Positions 38,144 through 48,007 of a stretch of DNA of 64,000 nt are shown one piece after another. The stretch comes from Candidatus Calescibacterium sp. (GTDB lineage Bacteria > Calescibacteriota > Calescibacteriia > Calescibacteriales > Calescibacteriaceae). The stretch covers positions 34,256-98,255 of the forward strand of contig JAVVGL010000001.1 in NCBI GenBank assembly GCA_032249135.1. The letters run 5' to 3'. The notes beneath the pieces are model-generated. The model searched no databases. It saw only the letters and a program-made list of their open reading frames with translations, and was not told the DNA's origin. Position 1 is the first letter of the stretch. Each line of letters begins with the position of its first letter. Made by a program: the position numbers and the translations under genes.

Positions 38144-38914
38144 ATGGATTTTTTCAGAGGAATAGAGCAGTTTGAAATAGATTTTGAGGGAGAAAAAGGG
38201 AAAATTCCAGTATTTTATAGATCAACCTATGGGGTCTTTGGATTTTTTCTTGCAAAATCATCAAAAGTAAAAGAACTGCTTCCAGCCAGAATAAAGGAAA
38301 GATTTAAAGTCCCAGAGCTTATACCTGGGATTACATTTTGTGGAATTGCAGGTTTTATGTACAAAGATTCAAGTTTAGGACCTTACAACGAAGTAGCAAT
38401 CACTTTCCCTGTACAACAAAAACCAAAAATACAATCAACCGCATTCATTTTAAACCTCCTGGATAGCATAGTGAAAGGAGAGTTTCATGTTCATGTAAGA
38501 CATCTGCCGGTGACAACAAAAATAGCGAAAGATGCAGGCGTAATAATTTACAACTACCCAAAATTTATAGCAGATATTGAGTTTCAAAATGGTGGCTCTT
38601 TCACATTAGCAGAAAACAAAAAAGAAATACTATCTTTCAAAATAAAGAAGGATCAAAAATTAAAATTTAAAATCGAGAGAAAAAAGTTTTTGTTCACAAC
38701 TTACCAAGAAAAAGATGGAGCAATAATAAAAGCAGAAGTCCTCGCAGAAGGCGAAAATATATTAATGCTACCCGGTGGAGCAGAAATTAGCCTCAACAAA
38801 GAAACCCAAATCGGAAAAGAACTTGATGAGATCCTCACATCAAAAAAAGCAATAATGTCAATGGCAATGGAAAATATGAAATCTATTCTCCACCTTCCAG
38901 TAAAATTATGCTAG
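38144..38914 (+). CDS. Acetoacetate decarboxylase (ADC)-fold family protein
   Basis: VKELLPARI..., SSLGPYNEVAITFPV and RHLPVTTKIAKDAGVIIYNYPKFIADIEF fit the ADC-family pattern (GpY.E..v..pv; lpVts...r..Gre.wG.PK). Confidence 0.55.
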   Translation: MDFFRGIEQFEIDFEGEKGKIPVFYRSTYGVFGFFLAKSSKVKELLPARIKERFKVPELIPGITFCGIAGFMYKDSSLGPYNEVAITFPVQQKPKIQSTAFILNLLDSIVKGEFHVHVRHLPVTTKIAKDAGVIIYNYPKFIADIEFQNGGSFTLAENKKEILSFKIKKDQKLKFKIERKKFLFTTYQEKDGAIIKAEVLAEGENILMLPGGAEISLNKETQIGKELDEILTSKKAIMSMAMENMKSILHLPVKLC

Positions 38915-38991
38915 AAAAAAGCATCAGAGAAAAAAAGAAAAACTATGAATAAGGAACTGGGATAATAACAAAAAGATAAATTAATAACCCT

Positions 38992-40395
38992 ATGAATGAC
39001 AAAGAAAAATTTATATTTGATTTTTTAGATAACATAGAGTTTATATCTCCTCTGATCAAAGGATTTCCAAAATATGTAGAAGAGATAGAAAGTATAAGAG
39101 AAAAAGCAAAAATATTCATTCGTGAAAACAGAGAAAAAATAGATGAAGCAGAAAAAAGAGCGGAAGAAAATCCATACTTTTTTGATTGGGATATAGTAAA
39201 AGAAGGAGGGAAAAGAGGGTTTTTATCGTTCATAATACCCAAAGAATTTGGAGGAGGTGGAGTAAAATCGCTACCCTACTCTTTTTTTGAAGAAGAGTTG
39301 TGCGCAGAATCTGCCGGAATAGGAAATATATTTGGGGCTCACGCCCTGGGACTTACTCCAATTCTGCTCTCACCTTACATATTCTCTTTTTCACACATCA
39401 TAAATGAAGTTGTTGAGAACGAAAAGAAGTCTCCAATCCTCTTTGCTTTTGCCCTCACGGAACCAACAGGTGGCTCTGATGTTCAACAAAACGAAGATTG
39501 GCTCAAAAAAGCTAAAATATTGACAGTTGCAAAAAAAGTCAAAGGTGGGTATATACTCAACGGACGAAAAGTTTTCATTTCAAATGGTTCAGTAGCAAAA
39601 TATCTCACAGTATTTGCCATACAAGATAGACAAAATCCAAGTTTTATGTGTCTTCTTGTAGAAAACAACCCAAAAATTGTAAGCAGAGTTGAAAATAAAA
39701 TGGGACAAAAAACAGCTCACGCAGCAGAGCTTGTTTTTGAAGATGTATTCGTACCAGATGATATGGTAGTTCTAAAAGAAGGGGAAGGATCATTTATAGA
39801 TAGAGTTATTCTGTCTTTGACGCGAGCACCAGTTGGAGCAATAGCCACAGGCATAGCAAAAGGAGCTATAAAGAAAACTTTGGAAATACTAATAAATTCA
39901 GAAAACGAAAAATTAGAAAACGAATTCGTTGCAGATAGAATATCAGAAGCTATATCAAAGCTCCAGATGGCAAGAAGCCTTTGGATATCAGCTTGCTTCC
40001 TTCAAGATTATGAGGGAACGATGAAAATAAATGACCTTATTCCCGTAAAACTTATGGCTTTAATTTTTTCACAAACTTCCAAAATATGGGAAAATACTAC
40101 AAGAAAACTTGGAAGAAAATTAGGTGAAATGCTAAAAGACCTACTTTTCAATTACCTTGCTAAAAACCTAAAAAAATTTGAATCTTTTTCGTCTATGGCT
40201 AAGTTTTCAGCAACTCAATTTTCTTTTGAGGTTTGCAGAATATGTATGGAGATACTCGGGGAATTAGGTCCTGATAAATCTAAAAAAGTAGAGAGATTTT
40301 TGAGAGATGTAAGACTGACACAAATTTATGAAACAACAAACGAAGTGAATAAAATTATTTTGTATAGAAACCTTCTTGGAGCGAAGAAAATATGA
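38992..40395 (+). CDS. Acyl-CoA dehydrogenase family protein (full length)
   Basis: FGGGGV, FALTEPTGGSDV, KVFISNGS, and RLTQIYETTNEVNKIILYRNLLG (cf. IYEGTxEI). Confidence 0.8.
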   Translation: MNDKEKFIFDFLDNIEFISPLIKGFPKYVEEIESIREKAKIFIRENREKIDEAEKRAEENPYFFDWDIVKEGGKRGFLSFIIPKEFGGGGVKSLPYSFFEEELCAESAGIGNIFGAHALGLTPILLSPYIFSFSHIINEVVENEKKSPILFAFALTEPTGGSDVQQNEDWLKKAKILTVAKKVKGGYILNGRKVFISNGSVAKYLTVFAIQDRQNPSFMCLLVENNPKIVSRVENKMGQKTAHAAELVFEDVFVPDDMVVLKEGEGSFIDRVILSLTRAPVGAIATGIAKGAIKKTLEILINSENEKLENEFVADRISEAISKLQMARSLWISACFLQDYEGTMKINDLIPVKLMALIFSQTSKIWENTTRKLGRKLGEMLKDLLFNYLAKNLKKFESFSSMAKFSATQFSFEVCRICMEILGELGPDKSKKVERFLRDVRLTQIYETTNEVNKIILYRNLLGAKKI

Positions 40396-41807
40396 TTCTT
40401 GAACTTCTAAGAGATTTGGTATTTGAAATAGCAAAAAAAGAAATTCCACAAGATGTAAAAGAAATAGCAGAAAGGCAGATAGAAAATCTGAAAATATCAG
40501 CAGAAGCAGGTAAAAAAAACAAAGCATTCAGTGGAATTGAAGAAAAAGTTGAAAAGATTGGATTATCATCTCCGCTGAAAGAAATTCTTTTAAATTCAGC
40601 AGCATCTACAATTTACGATTGGGATGACTATCTTTTTGCAGGACATACAGGACACTCTGCTGTCTTCACATCTTTATTTTTAGGTGAAAATTTCAAAATA
40701 GAAAAGGAAAAAGTATTGAAGGCTGTAATAGTGGGGAATGAAATCGGCGGAAGGTTTGGAATTGCTACCTTGATGGGACCACTCAACGGTCAGATGATGA
40801 CTTTCCTTCACGGTATAATTTCAGCTTCAATCACAGAGTTTTTGATGGGAGATATAAGCAAAATACCAAAGAAAATCTCATTTTATGTCTCAAATCCTCA
40901 CTTTTTACATTTCGGAGGATTTATGGGAGGAGAAACAAAAGTTTTCTCTGTTGCTTTCCCCACAATTCAGGGAGTAATAGCATCTATTTTTGATTTCAAA
41001 GAGAATGAAAGAGCATTTGATAGTTTTTTCAAACTATTCTCATATAGCAAATTAGAAAAGAAATTCTTAGAGAAAGTTTTTTCTCCTGATTTTTTTCTGA
41101 CAAGAACCCTCATGATAAAGGAACTCCCAGGGTGTGCTTATGTTCTTCCACAACTTGAATGCGTAATATCTTTAAAAGATAAAATAATAGAATCGTTCGG
41201 TAAATTTGATATTGATTGTGTTCAGAAAATAGAGATTGAATACTCCATAATTCCTGCAATACTTGATTTAATCTCGTCAAAATTTTTAGATTTCTCAAAT
41301 CATATCCCTGCTCAATTTTCAACATACTGTACTATTGCTCTTGCACTTTCTGGTGATAATTTTTCATTCAGATCATACGAGAATATAGATGATGAGAAAT
41401 CAAAGATTTTGCAGCTTACATCAAAAATTCAAATAAAGCACAATCCAAAATATACAGAGGAAGTTATTGAAAGAGTTATAAATCATTTTCCTTTTCTTCT
41501 TCTTTCTAAGCCTAAAATCACCGGTCTTATAAGGGCTTTACTTTATTCCGAAGCGAAAATAAACACTTTAGAAACTTTGCCGATTTTTCCGAAAGTTATA
41601 AAAACACTAATACAAAAACCGGAAAATAAAGATGCTTCATTCTCCCCCGATAGCTTTGAATTTATATTCCCTGCGAAAGTTAGAATTTTATACAGGAACG
41701 CAGTATTTGAAGAAGAAAGATTATCTCACTCATTTCCTGCAAAATCTGAAAAGGCAGAAGAAATAATAAAGAAGAAGAAAAAATTTGTTATGTCAAACTA
41801 TCAATAG
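40392..41807 (+). CDS. MmgE/PrpD family protein
   Basis: N-terminal LVFEIAKKEIPQDVKEIAERQIENL and AASTIYDWDDYLFAGHTGHSAVFTSLFLGE (cf. a..ldfDD....gHps). 471 aa is the typical size. 4-bp overlap with the upstream ACAD. Confidence 0.62.
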   Translation: MILELLRDLVFEIAKKEIPQDVKEIAERQIENLKISAEAGKKNKAFSGIEEKVEKIGLSSPLKEILLNSAASTIYDWDDYLFAGHTGHSAVFTSLFLGENFKIEKEKVLKAVIVGNEIGGRFGIATLMGPLNGQMMTFLHGIISASITEFLMGDISKIPKKISFYVSNPHFLHFGGFMGGETKVFSVAFPTIQGVIASIFDFKENERAFDSFFKLFSYSKLEKKFLEKVFSPDFFLTRTLMIKELPGCAYVLPQLECVISLKDKIIESFGKFDIDCVQKIEIEYSIIPAILDLISSKFLDFSNHIPAQFSTYCTIALALSGDNFSFRSYENIDDEKSKILQLTSKIQIKHNPKYTEEVIERVINHFPFLLLSKPKITGLIRALLYSEAKINTLETLPIFPKVIKTLIQKPENKDASFSPDSFEFIFPAKVRILYRNAVFEEERLSHSFPAKSEKAEEIIKKKKKFVMSNYQ

Positions 41808-42027
41808 ATGAAAGAAGAACTTATGAGAAATTGAATGGTTTAAAAAGTCTTCTGGACAGAACAAAAATAACTACAAATAGGGCATATAGGAATGCTTCGG
41901 TGAAATCTTTTGGAATATTTTCGCTCCCACCAACTCTCCATGAGCAACCTACTGCTTTGCAGGATTTATGTTAAAATCCACTATATACACAAAATATTAA
42001 TGCAGTAAGGCTTAAATTTCTACGATA

Positions 42028-42075
42028 AGAAAAAGTACTTGATTATTTTCTAGAAAAAGTCCTTGACTATTTTCT
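42028..42075. repeat. 24-bp x2 tandem repeat carrying TTGATT/TTGACT hexamers
   Basis: agaaaaagtacttgattattttct / agaaaaagtccttgactattttct (22/24 identical), flanked by a third tttctacg motif. Confidence 0.85.
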
Positions 42076-42233
42076 ACGCTATCCAGAATTTTCCCAGAAA
42101 CTACAACAAGATCAAATCCAAAAACTTTTTTCCAGTTCCTGAGGTTTTTCAAACTTTGAGTACTTTATCTTACGATTCACAACGGGATCAAGAGAAAATT
42201 CAATTTCTTTTTACTTTAGTTAAAGCCATGAAC

Positions 42234-42536
42234 CTACCATTTTTTCAAACTCTCTAATTTTTCTTCTGGTGATACCTCTTTATCCCTCCTTTCATCAATT
42301 TTTATCACAGTTGAAACTCTTTTTGCTCCTTCTTCAAACACAGCTTCTTGCATTTCCAAGATCGCTTGAAAAACCCTCTCTTTTTCTCCGTATAAGATTG
42401 TGAACATAGCATCTGTTTGATGTTGTATATCTTTATATTTTTCAAGAACTCGTAAAGCAGCTGCAACATATCTTGATACAGATGGAGTTTCCGTACCCAG
42501 AGGAGTTATACTAACAGCGGCTATGATCTTCCCCAT
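42234..42536 (-). CDS. MTH1187/YkoF-like (UPF0045) thiamine-binding family protein
   Basis: IAAVSITPLGTETPSVSRYVAAALRVLE...TDAMFTILYGEKERVF...GAKRVSTVIKIDERRDK. 100 aa. Confidence 0.8.
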   Translation of the reverse strand: MGKIIAAVSITPLGTETPSVSRYVAAALRVLEKYKDIQHQTDAMFTILYGEKERVFQAILEMQEAVFEEGAKRVSTVIKIDERRDKEVSPEEKLESLKKW

Positions 42537-42612
42537 ACTTTATATTATTTATATGAAATTGAGTTTGAGCAAAAAATCTACAAATGTTATGTTTTTTCTC
42601 TTCTCAATCATT

Positions 42613-43485
42613 TTACTTTGCTGCCAAAGATACGATAATAACCCCCAAGAGCATAAGGAAAGCTCCTTCAAATCTTTTTCCGAATTCTTTATCTTGAAGA
42701 AAAAATTTACTAAGAACGACTGAAAAAAGAATACTCGTTCTCTTGATAGATATCATGTAAGCTGCCTCAATTTTTGATATAGCAACAAAATGAGTAATAA
42801 CAGCTATTCCCATCGTTATACCTATAGGTAAAGAAAGTTTATCTGGTTTTATTAGTTTTACCTTCTCTTTTCTCAGAAGTAAAAATATAGCGGAAAAAAT
42901 AATAGAGTTAGATAGCATATATGTACTTCCGAAAAAAATTGGGTCAATATGTAAAGCTAAATACCTTCCGAGAACAGATGTGAAAGAATAAATCAAAGAA
43001 GATAAAATCATCAGAAAAACTGCTTTCATATCGGAGGATTTTTTCCCTTTTAATTGCTCCAAACCGGAAGAATTTGCAGATTTCAAAATTATAAAGCTTC
43101 CTGCACCAACAAGAAGAACTCCACCTAAACCATACAAGGAATATTTATCATCAAGAACAAAGATTGAAAATAAAGGAATAAATATTGGAGTAATGGATTG
43201 GAAAGGAAGAACGAGTGAAGCTTCTGAAATTTCAAGAGCTTTCATATAAAAATAGGCTGCAATAATTTCAAGTGGTATTCCAACAAAATAAAGAACCAAA
43301 TATTTTAAATCTATCTTTTGCCAATTAGTAAAAACAAAAGGGATAATAAATGGTATCACAAAAAACCACCTTACAAAGAGTGTAGATAAGCCACTCTCTC
43401 CCCTTTTCTCTATAAAGATTTTACATAAGATATCGCTCAAAGCGGTAAAGAAAGCACATAATGTAGCAACGAAAATCCAAAACAT
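42613..43485 (-). CDS. EamA/DMT superfamily transporter
   Basis: 290 aa, about 10 TM segments in two homologous halves. General EamA pattern; no substrate inference. Confidence 0.7.
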   Translation of the reverse strand: MFWIFVATLCAFFTALSDILCKIFIEKRGESGLSTLFVRWFFVIPFIIPFVFTNWQKIDLKYLVLYFVGIPLEIIAAYFYMKALEISEASLVLPFQSITPIFIPLFSIFVLDDKYSLYGLGGVLLVGAGSFIILKSANSSGLEQLKGKKSSDMKAVFLMILSSLIYSFTSVLGRYLALHIDPIFFGSTYMLSNSIIFSAIFLLLRKEKVKLIKPDKLSLPIGITMGIAVITHFVAISKIEAAYMISIKRTSILFSVVLSKFFLQDKEFGKRFEGAFLMLLGVIIVSLAAK

Positions 43486-43503
43486 AAAGTTCTAAAATTG
43501 AAG

Positions 43504-45600
43504 TCAAACAGATTTACTATTATTTTTTCTTTCAGAAATAACTTTGCCCCATCTTGAAATAGCAGTAATAAAAACAAATGAAACTATAACAAGGTAAAGA
43601 GAAAGAACGAATACATTAAGGTAATCTCCAAAAATAACCCGCTGAGCCACATCAGGTGATGGAATATTTGCAGGCAATTGACCTTTCAGTAATGCTTCTT
43701 TGAGATAACTTGCGTGTGCAAGAAAACCTATCTTTGGGTCTGAATGAAATATTTTCTGCAAGGCCCCAAAACTTGTGTTGAATACAACAAAAATCATAGG
43801 AATTGCAGTTATAAATGCATACTTTAATTTTCCGTTGTTGATAAGATATGTTGTGGCTATGATAAGAGCCATACTTGCAAGAAGCTGATTTGCTATACCA
43901 AAAATCGGCCAGAATGTCTTTATACCTCCATAAGGATCAACAACCCCAGCATAAAGAAAATATCCCCAAAGAGAAACTGTTACAAAAGTGGCAATAAAAG
44001 ATGAAAACAGAGAATTGTAATCGCCAAGCTTTGAAATTAATCTACCTGCAAGGTCTTGAAATATAAATCTCCCAATTCTTGTTCCAGCATCAATAGTTGT
44101 GAGTATAAAGAGAGCTTCAAATAGTATTATGAAGTGATAAAAGAAAGCAATAAGATGCTCTCCGAAAACCTTTGAAAATATAAGAGCCATGCCTATTGCC
44201 AAACTTGGAGCTCCACCAGTTCTTGAAAGTATAGTTTTTTCTTCTATAGCACGAGCAAGATTTTCTATATCTTCCGCGGTAATATAAAACCCCCAAGTTC
44301 TTATTTTTTCCACAGCAGATTCCACGGTCTTACCTATTTCAGATTGAGGAGAATTTATAGCAAAATAAATTCCGGGATCCATAGTAACAGCAGCGATCAA
44401 AGCCATAACGGCAACGAACGATTCCATAAGCATACCAGCGTATCCTACAAATCTTGCATCTGTTTCTTTATCTAAAAGTTTTGGAGTTGTACCAGAAGAC
44501 ACAAGTGAGTGGAAGCCAGAAATTGCACCGCAAGCTATTGTTATGAACAAAAACGGAACCAAATCCCCCTTCCATACAGGACCATCTCCGTTTATAAATT
44601 GTGTTATAGCTGGCATTTTTATTTCAGGAATAGCGAGGAATATTCCAACCGCTAAAATAACAACAGTTCCAATTTTCAAAAATGTACTTAGGTAATCTCG
44701 TGGAGCAAGTAGAAGCCAAACGGGTAGCACAGAAGCAGATGCTCCATAAAGTATAAGGAATATCGCAATTTGCTTTTCGGAAAGAGAAAAGAGTTTTGAA
44801 AGTTCGGGATGTAAAGCTATAAATCTTCCAGCAACAAGACTTGCAATAAGGGCTAAAAAACCAAATAAAGATGGCAAAGCAACATCTCCAGGTTTTATCT
44901 TCCACATCCATACTCCCATAACCATAGCTATTGGTATGGTCATGAATATGGTAAATACTCCCCATGGACTTTCAAACATAGCTTTCACGACAACGAGAGC
45001 AAGAACAGCCATAAGAATTGTAAGTATTGAGTATATTCCTAAAAGAACAAGCGTTCCCGCGAATTTACCAAGTTGCTCAGATGCTATCTCTCCCAAAGAT
45101 TTGGCTTTACTTCTTGTAGATATTATGAGAATTACCATATCTTGAACAGCACCAGCTAAAATGACTCCGAATATTATCCATAAAGTAGCCGGAAGATACC
45201 CCATCTGAGCCGCGAGAACCGGTCCGACCAGAGGTCCCGCTCCACTTATTGCAGCAAAGTGATGTCCAAAAACCACATATTTGTTCGTAGGGACGAAATC
45301 ATACCCATTATTGAAAATGTGAGCGGGTGTTGGGTTCGAAGGATCTAACCTGAAAACTCTGTTTGCTATGAATCTACTATAATATCTATATCCAACAAAG
45401 TAAGAAGATAGAGCAAGAACTAAAATCCACGCTGCCGATATGTTCTCTCCTCTGTATATTGCGAGAACAAAAAGAGAAAGGAAAATAAGGGAACCGAAAA
45501 TGAAAGGTATAAAAGGACCGTTGAGTTTTCCGGAATTTTCAGCCCTAATGATTTTTTCTTTTATTTTTTCGCTAAAAAATGTATGAGCACACATGTTCAA
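43504..45600 (-). CDS. cstA: Carbon starvation protein A (peptide/pyruvate transporter family)
   Basis: YVVFGHHFAAISGAGPLVGPVLAAQMGYLP plus a long polytopic body of 698 aa. The listed TTG start is 45600; ATG at 45594 is an alternative. Confidence 0.9.
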   Translation of the reverse strand: MNMCAHTFFSEKIKEKIIRAENSGKLNGPFIPFIFGSLIFLSLFVLAIYRGENISAAWILVLALSSYFVGYRYYSRFIANRVFRLDPSNPTPAHIFNNGYDFVPTNKYVVFGHHFAAISGAGPLVGPVLAAQMGYLPATLWIIFGVILAGAVQDMVILIISTRSKAKSLGEIASEQLGKFAGTLVLLGIYSILTILMAVLALVVVKAMFESPWGVFTIFMTIPIAMVMGVWMWKIKPGDVALPSLFGFLALIASLVAGRFIALHPELSKLFSLSEKQIAIFLILYGASASVLPVWLLLAPRDYLSTFLKIGTVVILAVGIFLAIPEIKMPAITQFINGDGPVWKGDLVPFLFITIACGAISGFHSLVSSGTTPKLLDKETDARFVGYAGMLMESFVAVMALIAAVTMDPGIYFAINSPQSEIGKTVESAVEKIRTWGFYITAEDIENLARAIEEKTILSRTGGAPSLAIGMALIFSKVFGEHLIAFFYHFIILFEALFILTTIDAGTRIGRFIFQDLAGRLISKLGDYNSLFSSFIATFVTVSLWGYFLYAGVVDPYGGIKTFWPIFGIANQLLASMALIIATTYLINNGKLKYAFITAIPMIFVVFNTSFGALQKIFHSDPKIGFLAHASYLKEALLKGQLPANIPSPDVAQRVIFGDYLNVFVLSLYLVIVSFVFITAISRWGKVISERKNNSKSV

Positions 45601-46658
45601 TCACCAAAAGGTTTGGGCATGAAAATTTTTTGCCATTTATCAACTGCAAAACTATCTGTCATTCCAGCTATAAAATCTATTATACGCTGCTCCAGGGGTT
45701 CATCTTGTAAAAATCCATCACTTTCAATCTCAAATATATCAGGATTGTTAAGATAAAATTCATATAGGTCAAGAATTATTCTTTCCACTTTTCTCGTTTC
45801 TTTCATAACAATTTCTGATGTATATACTCTTTCATAAAGGAAACTTCGCAAACTCTCCATAGCCCACAGCATATCATCAGAACACTTTATATCTCCCTCA
45901 TTCAAAGAAGTGTAAATTACATCCTTTACCATTTTATCAATTCTTTCTCCGTATTCCTCACCTATTATCTTCCTTATCTCCGATGGCACATCAGATATCT
46001 TTATTATTTCAGCTCTTATGGCGTCATCAAGGTCATGATTAAGATATGCTATAATATCGCTAAGGCGTACCACCTTACCCTCTGCGGTAACAGGAATAAA
46101 TTCTGGATTATCAGGGAAAATTTTTCCCATACCTTTTGAGTGCTTCAATATTCCATCAATAACCTCAAAAGTAAGGTTTAATCCTCTGCCACCTCTTTCT
46201 ATCTTTTCAACAACTCTAACTGATTGCTTTGCATGATGGAAATCTGGAACTATTTTTCTCATGGCAAATTCACCTGCGTGTCCGAACGGAGTATGTCCGA
46301 GGTCATGCCCCAGAGCTATTGCCTCTGTGAGGTCTTCATTTAGACGAAGAGCACGAGAAATTGTTCTTGCAATCTGCATAACTTCAAGGGTATGAGTAAG
46401 ACGAGTTCTGTAATGGTCTCCTTTTGGAAGTATTAGAACCTGCGTTTTTCTTTTGAGGCGCCTGAAAGCTTTAGAATGCAGTATCCTATCTCTATCAACT
46501 TGAAAACAAGTTCTTATTTCGCAAGGGGATTCCGGTATCTTTCTACCTCTTGACTTTACACTTGGTGTAGCAAGAGGTGATAAATTTTCCAATTCAATTT
46601 CCTCTGTTATTTCTCTTGGGGATTTACCTTGTGCAGACTTAAAGCCCATATTACTCAA
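45597..46658 (-). CDS. dgt: dGTPase-like HD-domain triphosphohydrolase (short Dgt-like form)
   Basis: HSKAFRRLKRKTQV, RTRLTHTLEVMQIAR, GHDLGHTPFGHAGE and HDLDD. Confidence 0.85.
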   Translation of the reverse strand: MSNMGFKSAQGKSPREITEEIELENLSPLATPSVKSRGRKIPESPCEIRTCFQVDRDRILHSKAFRRLKRKTQVLILPKGDHYRTRLTHTLEVMQIARTISRALRLNEDLTEAIALGHDLGHTPFGHAGEFAMRKIVPDFHHAKQSVRVVEKIERGGRGLNLTFEVIDGILKHSKGMGKIFPDNPEFIPVTAEGKVVRLSDIIAYLNHDLDDAIRAEIIKISDVPSEIRKIIGEEYGERIDKMVKDVIYTSLNEGDIKCSDDMLWAMESLRSFLYERVYTSEIVMKETRKVERIILDLYEFYLNNPDIFEIESDGFLQDEPLEQRIIDFIAGMTDSFAVDKWQKIFMPKPFGD

Positions 46659-46660
46659 TT

Positions 46661-46690
46661 ATGAATTATATAAATATGAATTATATAACA
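46661..46690. repeat. 15-bp x2 tandem repeat between the epsilon-like gene and dgt
   Basis: atgaattatataaat / atgaattatataaca read directly. Confidence 0.8.
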
Positions 46691-46956
46691 AAAATATTTA
46701 TTTCTTTACCATTTGTATAAAATAAAGCTTTCCTGGTTCCCAAATCTATTTCCTCCTCTTTTTTTGCTCCTGCCTTTTCTTCTTCCATTTTCTCCCCTTT
46801 TTGTTTTTCCCTTATCCTGATTTTTCCTTTTATTATAGCAACAAACTCTGCATGCTTTTCAAGAATTTCTGCATCCCCGAGCTCCGTCGTAACATAAACA
46901 GAAACACACTCCCCCTCGTATAATTTTCTATCAGGAGAAATGATTTTTATCCTCAT
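46681..46956 (-). CDS. ATP synthase epsilon-subunit N-terminal (beta-sandwich)-like protein, orphan
   Basis: MRIKIISPDRKLYEGECVSVYVTTELGDAEILEKHAEFVAIIKGKIRI ... ALFYTNGKEINIFV follows the F1-epsilon N-domain pattern. A K/E-rich insert is present and the C-terminal helical hairpin is absent. Start moved to ATG 46956. Confidence 0.5.
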   Translation of the reverse strand: MRIKIISPDRKLYEGECVSVYVTTELGDAEILEKHAEFVAIIKGKIRIREKQKGEKMEEEKAGAKKEEEIDLGTRKALFYTNGKEINIFVI

Positions 46957-47036
46957 AAATTTACAAATTTTTTTACTCAGGAAAATAACTTGATTTTTTG
47001 CAAAATTTTTCAAAGGACTTACCTATTTTCATTTAA

Positions 47037-47915
47037 ATGAAAGCTGTAATACTCGCAGGAGGAACTGGTTCAAGGCTTTATCCGACAACTTATGCCATAA
47101 ATAAACATCTACTTCCAATATACAACAAACCTATGATATATTATCCTCTCTCACTTGTGATGCTTGCAAAAATAAGAGAGGTAATTTTCGTTGTAAATCC
47201 AGAAGATATCCCTTTATATAAAAAGCTTTTCGGAAATGGAGAGGAACTTGGGATGAAAATAATGTATGCTGTTCAGGAAAAACCCTTGGGTTTAGCTCAT
47301 GCGCTCCTTGCGGCCGAAGAATACATAAATAATAAAGATAGTGTCTGCCTTGTTCTTGGAGATAATATATTTTTTGGACACGGAATACCCGAACTACTTT
47401 TACAAGCAAAATACGATGTTGAAAAAAATGGTGGAGCTTATGTTTTCGGATATTTTGTCAAAGATCCGGAAAGATACGGTGTAGTTGAGTTTGATAGTGA
47501 AGGAAGAGTAATTTCAATAGAAGAGAAACCAAAAAATCCGAAATCAAATTTTGCAGTTGTTGGTCTCTATTTTTATGATAATACAGTTTTTGAGAAAGCA
47601 AAAAAAATAAAACCTTCTTGGCGAGGTGAATTTGAAATAACATCTGTGAATGAAGAATACCTCAAAGAAGGAAAGCTTAAAGTCAAATTACTTGGTAGAG
47701 GGTTTGCCTGGTTTGATGCAGGAACCCATGATAGCTTTCTTGAAGCCGGAGAATTCGTAGCAACGATAGAAAAGAAAACAGGACTTATGATAGGATGCAT
47801 AGAAGAAATAGCTTACAGAAACGGTTGGATTTCAAAACAAAAATTAGAAGAAATTGCAAAAAAACTCTCAAAAACAGACTACGGTGAATACCTCCTCAAA
47901 ATCCTAAAAGAGTAA
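47037..47915 (+). CDS. rfbA: Glucose-1-phosphate thymidylyltransferase
   Basis: [51 protein letters not shown] and [11 protein letters not shown]. Confidence 0.92.
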   Translation: MKAVILAGGTGSRLYPTTYAINKHLLPIYNKPMIYYPLSLVMLAKIREVIFVVNPEDIPLYKKLFGNGEELGMKIMYAVQEKPLGLAHALLAAEEYINNKDSVCLVLGDNIFFGHGIPELLLQAKYDVEKNGGAYVFGYFVKDPERYGVVEFDSEGRVISIEEKPKNPKSNFAVVGLYFYDNTVFEKAKKIKPSWRGEFEITSVNEEYLKEGKLKVKLLGRGFAWFDAGTHDSFLEAGEFVATIEKKTGLMIGCIEEIAYRNGWISKQKLEEIAKKLSKTDYGEYLLKILKE

Positions 47916-48007
47916 TTTAAAGAGTAATTTTTCAGTTTTTTCACATCACATAAATAGGACATTTGAGAAAATTTTTTTCGGACAAACTCCGATTAACTTT
48001 AATTTAT

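Noticed and set aside
42063-42257. 64-aa plus-strand ORF in the 41.8-42.2 kb gap
   Set aside because: No start context or motifs. It overlaps the 3' end of the MTH1187-family gene.
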